Part shown: in pieces, positions 16,234 through 25,696 of the stretch
How positions within the stretch are numbered: position 1 is the first letter of the stretch
How the letters are laid out: each line of letters starts with the position of its first letter
NCBI GenBank assembly: GCA_017617415.1
Contig: JAFZWH010000093.1
Span: 26,218 to 90,217 of the forward strand
Length of the DNA stretch: 64,000 bases
Direction of reading: 5' to 3'
From: Victivallales bacterium
GTDB lineage: Bacteria > Verrucomicrobiota > Lentisphaeria > Oligosphaerales > Oligosphaeraceae
Position numbers and translations under genes: made by a program
The notes under the pieces: model-generated
Database searches by the model: none
Seen by the model: the letters and a program-made list of their open reading frames with translations, nothing else
Told to the model about the DNA's origin: nothing

Positions 16234-18738
16234 TTAGGTGAAGTACTCCACGTCGGGATTCAGGAATCCATATTCGTAGATTTGTGGAAGGAGCTTTTCA
16301 CGCAGGGCGTCGTGCGCGGACTTCAGTGCTGCGAGTTCGGCATTGGCAAGTCCAGCGGCCTTAAGGGCCTGGCGGACTTGGTAGATGCCGACGTCCCAGG
16401 TCTCGATATGCCAGTCCATCCACTGCGTGTTGCAGAGTTGCTCGTAGAAGACCTGGTAAAGTTCCTTGGCGGCGTCCAGGAGTGCCTGCGCCTCGGAGGA
16501 GAGAGCATGCGCCTTCAGCCATTTGGCCAGAAAGCGGTCCTCGTTGGCGGCGGAAAGCTGCAGCGTGAGGTCTGACAGGCCGCATTTCCATTTGCGTATT
16601 TCACTCAACTGGAATGGAAACAGCTGATTCTGGATTTGCCAGACACTGTCTTGGTATTGGACATTGCGCAACGAGACCGCGTAGTTGGAGGGCGCGAAGG
16701 CACTCCAGACCACGCAATCGGTCACGAACTCCTGCGGCAGTTCGGCCGTGGGTGCATAGAAAGAGTCTTTGTTGTTGGTCCAAGTCAATTGAGGTATTCG
16801 TTTGACGGTATGGACGACCATCGCGTACTCGTAATTTTCCTTGGTGACGGAGAAGGCTCCGGCGTTTGCGTATGGTGCCGAAAGAAGACAGGTGGCACCT
16901 TGATTCTGCATGTCATCACCTTTGCTTACCAGAGAAAAAAGGAATCCTTCTGCCACATGGTTACGCTGATCGCGGTTGTTTGTCATCAGGTTGAAGGGAC
17001 TCACAAAGGTGGGCATGATAGACTTGCCATCCCACTTGGGGCGCGGACACCACTTGTTGAGCATCGCTGTGCGTTTGACGGACGAGAGCTGTTTTTTTCC
17101 TAGCTTTTCATTGACATTGTTAAAGATGTCGAAAGAAATCTTTTGTCGTTCAAGATGCCGATGCTGAGCAAGATTCCAAATTAAGAAACTAACTGCAAAT
17201 TGTCCTTTGGCGCCATAGAAGTTTTGTGAGGAAAACGCAAAGCCGCGCCTATAGACATATTGGAAGAAACCATCGCGGACTTTCTGATCGTTGTTGGAAT
17301 TAATGTACTTTAGTGGTGAATATAGGCAAAGCCGTGCGTCTTTTCCCTCGAACTCCTTTGAGATGCGGAAGAGAAATTGGGTGAAGAGTTCACGGCTGGC
17401 CTCGCCATAGTCTTCGTCGTTCATCCATTCGCGGATGGCGGTCATAGAGACGTTGTCCTTGGAACGCTTGCCGGTTTCGCCGCTTTTGGTGTTCGCGGTG
17501 GCGAAGGGAGGGTTGATGAAGACAATCCACTTAAGCTTGGGATTCGCCAGGTCAGTCGCCAGATTCGCCGGCATTTTGCGTTTCGTGCCGTAGGACAGTT
17601 GCCCCGCGAGCAAGCCGACATCATCATTGAGATAGTCATATTGGAAACAAGTCGCTCCAGGGAAAATCTTCTCGCAGTATTTTGCATCGTCCTCCTCCAT
17701 GGTGGAGATGTAGCAATATGGCAATGCGGAGCTGGGCAGATTGAACTCCAGATTTCCGGTGCCGGCGGCCATGTCCCAGAAGCGCCATTCGCCAGATTTC
17801 CACCACTCCTTGCCAATTTCGCGCTCAAGATATTGAAGGCCTTTGGCGGCGAACTCGATAGGCGTGTAGAACTCGCCGGTGAAGCGCCGACGGTAGTCCT
17901 CGGTGAGGCGGTCGGCTTTCTGTCGCATCATCGCCATCTCCTCTGGCGGAATGCGTTCGAAATTTTGCCAGAAATGCTGATAAAGGGTTGGTTGGACGGA
18001 CTTTCGGATGAAATTGCCATCGCCCGTGACATCAAAAAGCACCTCGCCTTTGGGGCGAAGGACAGATTTCCCCTGTTCCAAGTCGGCGAAGAAATACTCG
18101 GAGACCTTGCGGCCGTTGTGGACATATTTGCCGAAGAGCTTCTCCCAGTAGTCATAGACCTCCAGGAAGTTCTGTTCGGTGATGACCTTCTTGTCGAGGT
18201 CGGTGAAAAGCGACGGGGTGAAATTCCTGCGTTCCTGTATTTTCTCGATGAATTGCTTTTCCTCCTCTGGAAGCGTCCAGTCATAAACATGCAGTTTTTT
18301 GCAGCATTCGCATTTGGCGATGGCCGCGCAGAGTTTTGGACAGGGTGTGGAGGGGGCGCGATCCCAGTCATAACGGTCGTCCTGCTCGGCATAGAATTTT
18401 GCGAATTTGCTGGTGCGAAGCAGGAAGCCGGACTTCTTATCTGCAATGCAAATATTCGGCGGGAGCGGCGACTTTACGACGCTGAACTTCAATCGCCGTG
18501 CGTAGTACATCGTCTGGGCGATGGCTTTGGCCCGCTCGTCGAGGTTCTGGAAGTTCCGCTCATATTTGAACTCGTAGAGAATCGCTTCGGTGTAATGGTC
18601 AATTGCACCAAGCGCATTGAGCTTCATCCCGAAGAATCTGCAGAACTCGGCCTTAATTTCCTCTTCCTTTTTGCAGGCTTGAAGTGCTTGGTAGAGGCCG
18701 TTTTGGGGGATTTTTGGGGATTTTACCATGAGAAACAA
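16234..18738 (-). CDS. Fused N6-adenine DNA methyltransferase, type IIG restriction-modification-like
   Basis: 834 aa with gamma-class motif order: FYTP (aa 290), DMAAGTGN (aa 322) and NPPF (aa 409). The N-terminus carries a D47-X8-E56-X-K58 nuclease-like motif and a Cys cluster (CPKLCAAIAKCECC). A ~400-aa C-terminal region lacks recognisable motifs and is a putative target-recognition region. The gene is visibly AT-richer than its flanks. Confidence 0.7.
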   Translation of the reverse strand: MFLMVKSPKIPQNGLYQALQACKKEEEIKAEFCRFFGMKLNALGAIDHYTEAILYEFKYERNFQNLDERAKAIAQTMYYARRLKFSVVKSPLPPNICIADKKSGFLLRTSKFAKFYAEQDDRYDWDRAPSTPCPKLCAAIAKCECCKKLHVYDWTLPEEEKQFIEKIQERRNFTPSLFTDLDKKVITEQNFLEVYDYWEKLFGKYVHNGRKVSEYFFADLEQGKSVLRPKGEVLFDVTGDGNFIRKSVQPTLYQHFWQNFERIPPEEMAMMRQKADRLTEDYRRRFTGEFYTPIEFAAKGLQYLEREIGKEWWKSGEWRFWDMAAGTGNLEFNLPSSALPYCYISTMEEDDAKYCEKIFPGATCFQYDYLNDDVGLLAGQLSYGTKRKMPANLATDLANPKLKWIVFINPPFATANTKSGETGKRSKDNVSMTAIREWMNDEDYGEASRELFTQFLFRISKEFEGKDARLCLYSPLKYINSNNDQKVRDGFFQYVYRRGFAFSSQNFYGAKGQFAVSFLIWNLAQHRHLERQKISFDIFNNVNEKLGKKQLSSVKRTAMLNKWCPRPKWDGKSIMPTFVSPFNLMTNNRDQRNHVAEGFLFSLVSKGDDMQNQGATCLLSAPYANAGAFSVTKENYEYAMVVHTVKRIPQLTWTNNKDSFYAPTAELPQEFVTDCVVWSAFAPSNYAVSLRNVQYQDSVWQIQNQLFPFQLSEIRKWKCGLSDLTLQLSAANEDRFLAKWLKAHALSSEAQALLDAAKELYQVFYEQLCNTQWMDWHIETWDVGIYQVRQALKAAGLANAELAALKSAHDALREKLLPQIYEYGFLNPDVEYFT

Positions 18739-18742
18739 TCCA

Positions 18743-20143
18743 CTATTTCAGAATTCGATTGGCGGCGAGGACGCCAGAGAGCAACGCGCCGACAATGCCC
18801 AGGAGACCCTGGTCGGTGCCGGCGAGCGTGAGGTTTGGGACGCCGGTCGCGCCGTCCGCGAATTTGTCCGGCGAGCCGTAGATGGCGCCGTTGGCGTGTC
18901 CGGTGAAGCGGCAGAAGGTATGCGGCGTGTAGAGGTCGAGGAATTTCGCGTGACCGGCGAGGCGAGGGTAGTAGGCACCCAATTGCGCCAAGAGCGTCTG
19001 CGCCAAGATGGACTTGATGCCAGGAGACATTGCGTCTCGACAGAGGTCATTATGGAGCGGTCCCAGACTGGCGATAGGCGCACTGAGGCGGAGCATCCGA
19101 GTCGGTGTCACACCGACGTAGTTGTCTGGCACGCAGACCAACAGGGAGTCCGTCGGGGCAGTCGCCGACATCGGTCGGAAGGCGAAATTCGACTCCAGCC
19201 CAATGAACTGCATGCAGTCGGTGAGGCCGTAGACCGCAGGAGCGTCGTCCAGTTCAAAGAACGATTCAACGAACTGCACCTCGCCAGGCTGGGCATTTGA
19301 CAATGGCGCGGGAGCGTCGGCGTCGCCGAGCAGTTTCCGCGTCTCCACGGCGCCAATGGTGGAAAGACAACAGTCGGCAGTGAAAATCTGTCCTGAATTT
19401 TCCAGAATTGACTGAAATTTTCCAGAATTGTCCAGGTTGATTTTCGTGACGCCACAGCCCAGGTGAAGTTTGGCGCCGGTTTCCAGAAGGCGTGAAGTCA
19501 GATGTTCAATGACGGGCCGCATGCCATCCTGTGGCCGTGCGAAACCTTCGATGAAGATGCTCTTGAAAAGCGTCGCAAAGGCACTGAAGGGCATCTGGTC
19601 ACCCCAGGCATTGCCGAAGAAGAAGACGGGGAGGCAGAGCAGGTCATGCAACCGCTTGGATTTCAAATGCTCGGCGAGAACCTTGCGGGCGGGATGCTCG
19701 GATGCTGGCGCATCCGCGTAGGCGCATTGCTCGATGCGCTCCACGAGTGCCTCGAAGCCCTTGCGGTCCTCTGGGAATTGCGTAGCGATGCGTTTGCGGA
19801 AGCCCGCGAAGTCGTTATCCAGCGGGAGTTCCGTGGTTCCGCAACGGATGAGCGAGTGGCTCTGCGGGCAAAGGTGGAGGTCTTCACGACGCAGCCGCAG
19901 CTGCCGCAGGGTGCGGTTGAGCGGCGCGGCGGTGTCCGCAGGGGATGCGAAGTTGGTGAAGGCGTGCAGCCCCGTGTCGAAGACACGTCCGTCGCGCTCG
20001 TACCAGGAGTTCAGCCCACCGGCCTTCGTGTGCGACTCGAAGACTCCCACGCGCTTCCCAAAATGCGCAAGACGGATGCTGGCGGCGAGCCCCGAAAGTC
20101 CCCCGCCAATCACCACGACATCGTATTTTGAGTTGAAAGTCAA
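18743..20143 (-). CDS. FAD-dependent oxidoreductase (phytoene desaturase/RetSat-like)
   Basis: YDVVVIGGGLSGLAASIRLAHFGKRVGVFES..AGGL dinucleotide fold and an FDTGLHAF block. The ORF-track start is TTG. Confidence 0.8.
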   Translation of the reverse strand: MTFNSKYDVVVIGGGLSGLAASIRLAHFGKRVGVFESHTKAGGLNSWYERDGRVFDTGLHAFTNFASPADTAAPLNRTLRQLRLRREDLHLCPQSHSLIRCGTTELPLDNDFAGFRKRIATQFPEDRKGFEALVERIEQCAYADAPASEHPARKVLAEHLKSKRLHDLLCLPVFFFGNAWGDQMPFSAFATLFKSIFIEGFARPQDGMRPVIEHLTSRLLETGAKLHLGCGVTKINLDNSGKFQSILENSGQIFTADCCLSTIGAVETRKLLGDADAPAPLSNAQPGEVQFVESFFELDDAPAVYGLTDCMQFIGLESNFAFRPMSATAPTDSLLVCVPDNYVGVTPTRMLRLSAPIASLGPLHNDLCRDAMSPGIKSILAQTLLAQLGAYYPRLAGHAKFLDLYTPHTFCRFTGHANGAIYGSPDKFADGATGVPNLTLAGTDQGLLGIVGALLSGVLAANRILK

Positions 20144-20184
20144 AAGGTTAAAGGTGAGAGTACTGCTGGCGCCTCGCCAGCAGA

Positions 20185-20275
20185 GAGGTTAGAGGTTAGA
20201 GGTGAAAGGTGAAAGGAGTTTAAAGGTAAAAGGTAAAAGTGCAGGTCTCAAATCTCAGATCTCAGGTCTCAGGTT
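20185..20275. repeat. Degenerate 7-bp-periodic array (13 heptads)
   Basis: GAGGTTA x2, GAGGTGA, AAGGTGA, AAGGAGT, TTAAAGG, TAAAAGG, TAAAAGT, GCAGGTC, TCAAATC, TCAGATC, TCAGGTC, TCAGGTT. It lies just upstream of the oxidoreductase start at 20143. Confidence 0.8.
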
Positions 20276-20368
20276 CCACCAGGAAGGTGAGAGGGTAAAG
20301 TCCCGTCTGTCCCAGAGGTCCCGCCTGTCCCGGGTACCAAGTAAACTTTACCCTTTACCCTTTCAACT

Positions 20369-21589
20369 TTAGACTTTCTTCGCCGCGGCGATGAAGCTGG
20401 CGCGGGAACGCTCGATGACCGCCTTGTCCACGCAGATGGCGATGCGGAAGTATCCAGCATAGCCGAAGCCGGAGCCGGGGACGGCGAGGACGCGCTCGTC
20501 GGCGAGTTTCTGGACAAAGGTCACGTCGTCCATGCCGTGCGGGGCCTTGGGGAAGAAGTAGAAGGTCCCGGCGGGCATCTGGAATTCGATGCCAGCCTCG
20601 GTGAGGATGTCCGCCATGATGCGTCGACGCTCGGCGTAGATGGCAAGCTGGTCGCTCTGGAGCTTGAGGGCGAGCTGGATGTCGGCGAGTCCTCCGATGA
20701 TGAGCTTCTGGCCGATGCAGGGTGAGTTCACGTAGCCGAGGATGCGGTTGGTGAGGATAAGTCCGGAGACCAGCTGCGCTGCGTCCTCTGTCCCCATGGC
20801 GGGGTTCACGGCGATGTAGCCGATGCGCTCGCCGGCGAGTCCGAGGTTCTTGGAGAAGGAGGAGCAGACCACGGAATATTCGTAGCGCGGAAGCACGGAG
20901 GGGACAGAGCATCCGTCGTAGGCCAGGAAGCGGTACGGCTCGTCCGCGATCAGCAGGATGGGCCGACCGTACTTCTGACTGGCCTTGCGGAGGATGGCGG
21001 CCAATGCGTCGATTTCGTCAGCGGTATAGACCACGCCGGCGGGGTTGTTCGGGGAGTTGATGAGCAAGGCGCGGGTCTTTTCGTTGATGGCCTCCGCAAT
21101 GCCTTCGATGTTCAGTTTGAAGGTGCCGGGCGCGGACTTGACGGGCTTGAGCACGCCGCCGTAATTTCCTACATACGAGCCGTATTCCACGAAATAGGGC
21201 GAGGGGCAGATGACCTCTTCTCCGGGCATCAGAATGGCACGGAAGATGCAGTTAAGTCCGCCGGCCGCGCCGACGGTGATGATGATGTTCGAGGCGGTCA
21301 TTGGCGCGCCCTGTTCGGCTTCGGTCCATTTCGCCAGCGCCTCGCGGGCGGCGGGGTAGCCCGCATTGGGCATGTAGCCCAGTCCGGCGGGGACATCCAC
21401 CTGGTCGGCGAGTCCACGCAGGGTGTCGATGACGGTGGCGGGCGGGTTGAGGTCTGGACTGCCGAGGCTGAAGTCATACACATTTTCGGCGCCGAATTGT
21501 TTTTTCATCTCGATGCCCGCCTCGAACATGCGGCGAATCCACGAGGAGCCCTTCTGGGCATTCAGAATTTGGTCGGAAACCAGTTGCAT
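20369..21589 (-). CDS. Class I/II pyridoxal-phosphate-dependent aminotransferase
   Basis: 406 aa with the SFSKNLGLAGERIGY PLP-lysine motif and NSPNNPAG. Confidence 0.9.
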   Translation of the reverse strand: MQLVSDQILNAQKGSSWIRRMFEAGIEMKKQFGAENVYDFSLGSPDLNPPATVIDTLRGLADQVDVPAGLGYMPNAGYPAAREALAKWTEAEQGAPMTASNIIITVGAAGGLNCIFRAILMPGEEVICPSPYFVEYGSYVGNYGGVLKPVKSAPGTFKLNIEGIAEAINEKTRALLINSPNNPAGVVYTADEIDALAAILRKASQKYGRPILLIADEPYRFLAYDGCSVPSVLPRYEYSVVCSSFSKNLGLAGERIGYIAVNPAMGTEDAAQLVSGLILTNRILGYVNSPCIGQKLIIGGLADIQLALKLQSDQLAIYAERRRIMADILTEAGIEFQMPAGTFYFFPKAPHGMDDVTFVQKLADERVLAVPGSGFGYAGYFRIAICVDKAVIERSRASFIAAAKKV

Positions 21590-21595
21590 TGTCGT

Positions 21596-23185
21596 TTATG
21601 GTTGAATTGGAGTTGGTTGGAATGGAAGTCGCTGAAGCAACCGCGCGAATTTCGCGTTGCGATGGTAAATCTTTGGGTAGTTGGGACTGCGCATGAAGGA
21701 TGGTTCCTCGCCGGTCTCGGCCTCCTGCTCCATCAGAGGCGCAATCTGCGCGAGGAATTGAGGATGTTCCTCACGTAGCAGAGAGGCGTGGGACTCAAGA
21801 AGCAAGATGGTGTTGTCGATTTTCTGAAGGCTCAGGCGTGGACTTCCCAAGTTGCTGCGGTGCTGCCGGATGAGACTAACGACATAATCCAGGTCGTGGT
21901 CGTCGTCGCGGATGAGCGCGTCATTGGCGGCGACCTCGAAGACTTTTGGATTTACGCGCTCGTTCCGCGCGATGAGGGTGTGCCAGAAGGTCTGGGTGTC
22001 GTGCCAGACATGCAGGTTCAGTTGCGTGGCTAACATCATCAACGCGATGAGGAAACATGCGACTAGACGGGTGGTATGGTTCTCCGGGATGATGAGGGAC
22101 AGACCGACGACTGCCACGACGGAGACGAGGTAGTTATAACGGTCGCAGTAGTCGAAGTTGGTGTAAACCCACATTCCAAGGACAGGGAGCATCGTCCCGC
22201 CCAGGATGAGTGCGCCGCCCAGCAACTTCGTCCAGGGAATGTGGCGGATGGCAAGCGCATACCAAAGCAGAGTGCCCAGGAGAAGCACGCCAATTAGGTA
22301 GAGTAACCAGTATTCCTTGAATCCCACAATATTGGGGTAGATGGGATTCACCCCGAAATTCGGCAGGACGGCGGTGAGCGGATACCAGAAGAGGTTGTGA
22401 AGCGGCACCGCCGGGGACCACGAGAAGATGCCTGGATTGGTCTGAGCGGTCATGTATGCCGACCAAACAGTCGCGACTAGACCGCAGAGCACGGGGATGA
22501 GTTGATCGGGACGCCACTTTCGCAAGGTGAGCGCATAGACCATGTAAATGCCTGCCAATGGCGCGGCGGCGGGTTTGGCGAAAATCGCCAGCGTGGTCAA
22601 AATTCCGCAAATAATACTATAACTAATTTGTTTCCAAACTGTTATAGTATCTATTAAAAAAAGGAACAGCAAGAATGCTGAAAAGGTGAAGAGACCGCAT
22701 AGGACATCTTTGCGTTCCGTAATCCACACCACGGACTCGCTTTTTTGTGGATTCACGCTCCAAAGCAACGCGGCGAGGAATGCCCAGGCGGGCGAGAGCT
22801 TGAGTTTGCGTGCGATCCAGTAGAGAAGTGCAGCGCAGAGCAGATGCAACGCAAGATTGTGGAGGTGGTAGGGAAGGGGAGTCGTGTGCCCGAAAAGAGC
22901 ATTGTCCGCCATAAGCGAGTACATCGGCAGTGGCGTGTAGAGGTCTTGAAAAGGGCGTGTGGCGTAGCGCCGAAGGTTCTTGGCGGTCCAGGAAAGATGT
23001 TGGTTCTCAAGGATAAAAATACCGTCATCCCAATGATCCAGAAATGGATAGTTTATCGCACGGACGAAATTCAGCGTGGTGATGAACAGTAGCGCCGCTA
23101 ACAAAAGAACCTCGCTCCGAACTCTGTGCCCGACCGCTGGCGGGGACGATGCAGTGTTCTCAGTTGTGGCATTGGCAGTTGGCAT
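21596..23185 (-). CDS. Polytopic membrane protein, TMTC/PMT-like GT-C glycosyltransferase candidate
   Basis: 529 aa with more than 10 TM helices. The first loop has FLDHWDDGIFILEN and NPQKSESVVWITERKDVL blocks resembling DUF1736/TMTC-type O-mannosyltransferases. The call is by eye. Confidence 0.6.
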   Translation of the reverse strand: MPTANATTENTASSPPAVGHRVRSEVLLLAALLFITTLNFVRAINYPFLDHWDDGIFILENQHLSWTAKNLRRYATRPFQDLYTPLPMYSLMADNALFGHTTPLPYHLHNLALHLLCAALLYWIARKLKLSPAWAFLAALLWSVNPQKSESVVWITERKDVLCGLFTFSAFLLFLFLIDTITVWKQISYSIICGILTTLAIFAKPAAAPLAGIYMVYALTLRKWRPDQLIPVLCGLVATVWSAYMTAQTNPGIFSWSPAVPLHNLFWYPLTAVLPNFGVNPIYPNIVGFKEYWLLYLIGVLLLGTLLWYALAIRHIPWTKLLGGALILGGTMLPVLGMWVYTNFDYCDRYNYLVSVVAVVGLSLIIPENHTTRLVACFLIALMMLATQLNLHVWHDTQTFWHTLIARNERVNPKVFEVAANDALIRDDDHDLDYVVSLIRQHRSNLGSPRLSLQKIDNTILLLESHASLLREEHPQFLAQIAPLMEQEAETGEEPSFMRSPNYPKIYHRNAKFARLLQRLPFQPTPIQP

Positions 23186-23303
23186 GACACCATACTTTAA
23201 TACCTAAAACCAATATACTATTGTGGCGACGGCCAATTTCCTCGTCGCATTAGTCCATTTCGAATAGAAACCAGATTTTGATACACGTGACTGTTTTGGC
23301 GTG

Positions 23304-23400
23304 GTCTGTCCCCGTGCTTTGATACACGTGACTGTTTTGGCGTGGTCTGTCCCCGTGCTTTGTGGTGCGCCGCGTTGGTCTGTCCCCGTGGTCTGTCCCC
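23304..23400 (+). repeat. Array A of decamer GTCTGTCCCC (4 direct copies)
   Basis: Copies start at 23304, 23345, 23378 and 23391, each preceded by TG(G). The first two lie in a perfect 41-bp tandem duplication (23280-23320 and 23321-23361). Confidence 0.9.
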
Positions 23401-23542
23401 TGAAAATCTCCTTGGGTAAGGACCAGCCTTTTCGTAAAAGCAATCGCTCGACACGCACAACAATGTGCGAAATCTGTGTTACATTGTGAGAAAGTTCTTT
23501 TTCATTGCCATAATCTACTTTTTCCATATCTGGAGATTCTTC

Positions 23543-25309
23543 ATGACCAAACTCGACCCGACCAAATTGGCTGACTGGCAGATTGCCGAGGCTGCCGAAG
23601 CCACCATGCTTGCCCCGCAACAACTCGCTGACAAGCTTGGACTTCTACCAGAAGAACTCATTCCCTGGGGACGCCAGCTCGCCCGCGTGGACCAACAGGC
23701 CATCCGCGCCCGCCTCGCCAACGCACCGCAGGCCAAGTACATCGATGTAACCGCTATCACCCCCACGCCACTTGGCGAAGGAAAGACCACCACCGCTATC
23801 GGACTGATTGACGGCCTCGCCAAGCGTGGACACCGCGTCTCCGGCGCCATCCGCCAACCTTCCGGCGGTCCCACTTTCAACATCAAGGGCTCCGCAGCCG
23901 GCGGCGGCTTGGCGCAATGTATCCCGCTGACCACCTTCTCCCTCGGCATGACCGGTGATATTGACAAGATCACCAATGCCCACAATCTCGCGATGGTCGC
24001 CCTCACTGCACGCATGCAACACGAGCGCAACTACGATGATGCCAAGCTAGCCGCCCGTGGCCTAAAGCGCCTTGACATCGATCCCGATCGCGTCGAGATG
24101 AAGTGGGTCATGGACTTCTGCGCCCAAGCGCTTCGAAATATCACCATCGGGCAGGGCGGCAAGATGGACGGCGTGCCGATGCAATCCGGCTTCGCCATCT
24201 CGGTTTCCAGCGAAATCATGGCAATTCTGGCTTTGGCACAGGACCTAAGAGACCTCCGCGAACGTATTGGACGCATCGTGGTGGCCTTCAGCCGCAGCGG
24301 CGCTCCAATCACTACCCATGACCTTGAGGTCGATGGCGCAATGACCGCATTCTTGGTGGACAGCCTGAACCCGACCCTTATCCAGACCCTCGAGGGGCAA
24401 CCCGTCCTCGCCCACGCCGGTCCCTTTGCGAATATCGCCATCGGGCAGAGTTCCGTAATCGCCGATCAGATTGGCGTGCGGACAAGCGAATACCATGTCA
24501 CAGAGAGTGGATTCGGCGCCGACATCGGTTACGAGAAATTCGTTAATCTCAAATGCCGTGCCTCCGGACTACGACCGGACGCCGTGGTGGTCGTGGCGAC
24601 CATCCGTGCCCTCAAGATGCATGGCGGTGGCCCCACGGTGAAGCCTGGCGCGAAGCTGGACGACGTCTATGTCCACGAGAATCTTCCGTTGTTGGAGAAG
24701 GGCTGCGAGAATCTCCTGGCGCACATCGAGATCGTGAAGAAGACCGGCATTCAGCCGATTGTTTGCCTCAACCACTTCTACACCGACACCCCCGAGGAAC
24801 TCAAGCTTGTTCGCAAGATTGCCGAGGCGGCAGGCGCCCTGGTGGCGGTCTCTCAGCACTGGCTGAAGGGTGGCGAGGGTGCGCTGGAGCTGGCAGAGGC
24901 GGTTGAGGAGGCCACTCGTCGGCCGCACGCCTTGAAGTTCATTTACGAGAATACGCAGCCAGTGAAGGAGCGCATCGCTGCGATCGCCCATGAGGTCTAT
25001 GGCGCCGGCGAAGTCACCTACTCGCCCGAAGCCGAGGCGAAACTCCAGCTCATCGCAAACGACCCCGCGCTGGCCAAGCAGTGCATCTGCATGGTCAAGA
25101 CTCACCTGAGTCTCTCCGCCGACCCGGATGTGAAAGGTCGTCCGCGAGGCTTCACCCTCCCCGTGCGAGACATCCTGCTCTATCAGGGCGCAGGCTTCAC
25201 CGTGCCGGTCACCGGCGACATCAAGTTGATGCCCGGCACCTGCTCCGACCCCGCCTTCCGGCGCATCGACGTTGATGTCGTGACTGGCAAGATCAAGGGA
25301 ATGTTCTAA
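23543..25309 (+). CDS. fhs: Formate-tetrahydrofolate ligase
   Basis: Motifs [23 protein letters not shown] and HGGG, with length about 588 aa. The start is taken at MTKLDPTKL (ATG 23543). Confidence 0.95.
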   Translation: MTKLDPTKLADWQIAEAAEATMLAPQQLADKLGLLPEELIPWGRQLARVDQQAIRARLANAPQAKYIDVTAITPTPLGEGKTTTAIGLIDGLAKRGHRVSGAIRQPSGGPTFNIKGSAAGGGLAQCIPLTTFSLGMTGDIDKITNAHNLAMVALTARMQHERNYDDAKLAARGLKRLDIDPDRVEMKWVMDFCAQALRNITIGQGGKMDGVPMQSGFAISVSSEIMAILALAQDLRDLRERIGRIVVAFSRSGAPITTHDLEVDGAMTAFLVDSLNPTLIQTLEGQPVLAHAGPFANIAIGQSSVIADQIGVRTSEYHVTESGFGADIGYEKFVNLKCRASGLRPDAVVVVATIRALKMHGGGPTVKPGAKLDDVYVHENLPLLEKGCENLLAHIEIVKKTGIQPIVCLNHFYTDTPEELKLVRKIAEAAGALVAVSQHWLKGGEGALELAEAVEEATRRPHALKFIYENTQPVKERIAAIAHEVYGAGEVTYSPEAEAKLQLIANDPALAKQCICMVKTHLSLSADPDVKGRPRGFTLPVRDILLYQGAGFTVPVTGDIKLMPGTCSDPAFRRIDVDVVTGKIKGMF

Positions 25310-25312
25310 ACT

Positions 25313-25696
25313 GTGAACTGGCTTCTCTGCGATATCAACGAGACCCTCGCATTTCAGTCAGAGGGCGTGGACTGGCATACCGACTGGTGGAAGGTGCTCA
25401 TCATTGCCTTCGCGGCATTGCTCTTCCTGGCCTTGCTATTGCGTCTCTCCCTCTACATCATGCGGATTGTCGGCGTCGCCCTCTGCGTTGCGGTAGGGTG
25501 CGCCGGCGGCTGGATCGCCAAGGGACTGCTCAGTGAAGTCATCGCACAGAACCTTCCTGAATCCGCCGAGCCGTATGCACCGCTCGCCAGCGGACTCATC
25601 GGATTCCTGCTCTGCTTTGGAATTGCAGCATTTATCATGACGCTTATCCGCCGAACCGCCCGTCCGCAGCCCAAGCCCAAGACGGAGGAGAAGTGA
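25313..25696 (+). CDS. Hypothetical small membrane protein (3 TM)
   Basis: 127 aa with three hydrophobic helices. It starts 4 nt after the fhs stop and overlaps the yigZ start by 4 nt, which suggests operon coupling. No family was recognised. Confidence 0.55.
   Translation: MNWLLCDINETLAFQSEGVDWHTDWWKVLIIAFAALLFLALLLRLSLYIMRIVGVALCVAVGCAGGWIAKGLLSEVIAQNLPESAEPYAPLASGLIGFLLCFGIAAFIMTLIRRTARPQPKPKTEEK

Noticed and set aside
14414-16237. 607-aa antisense ORF opposite mutS
   Set aside because: The same shadow-ORF reasoning applies. MutS on the minus strand is complete and conserved.
17377-18831. 484-aa plus-strand ORF opposite the methyltransferase gene
   Set aside because: It has no motifs and spans the junction between two minus-strand genes. 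The minus-strand product carries ordered MTase motifs.
20269-20912. ORFs 20269-20517 and 20355-20912 overlapping the heptad tract and the aminotransferase gene
   Set aside because: They are out of frame relative to a well-supported aminotransferase. Their products are P/S/R-rich low-complexity sequence.
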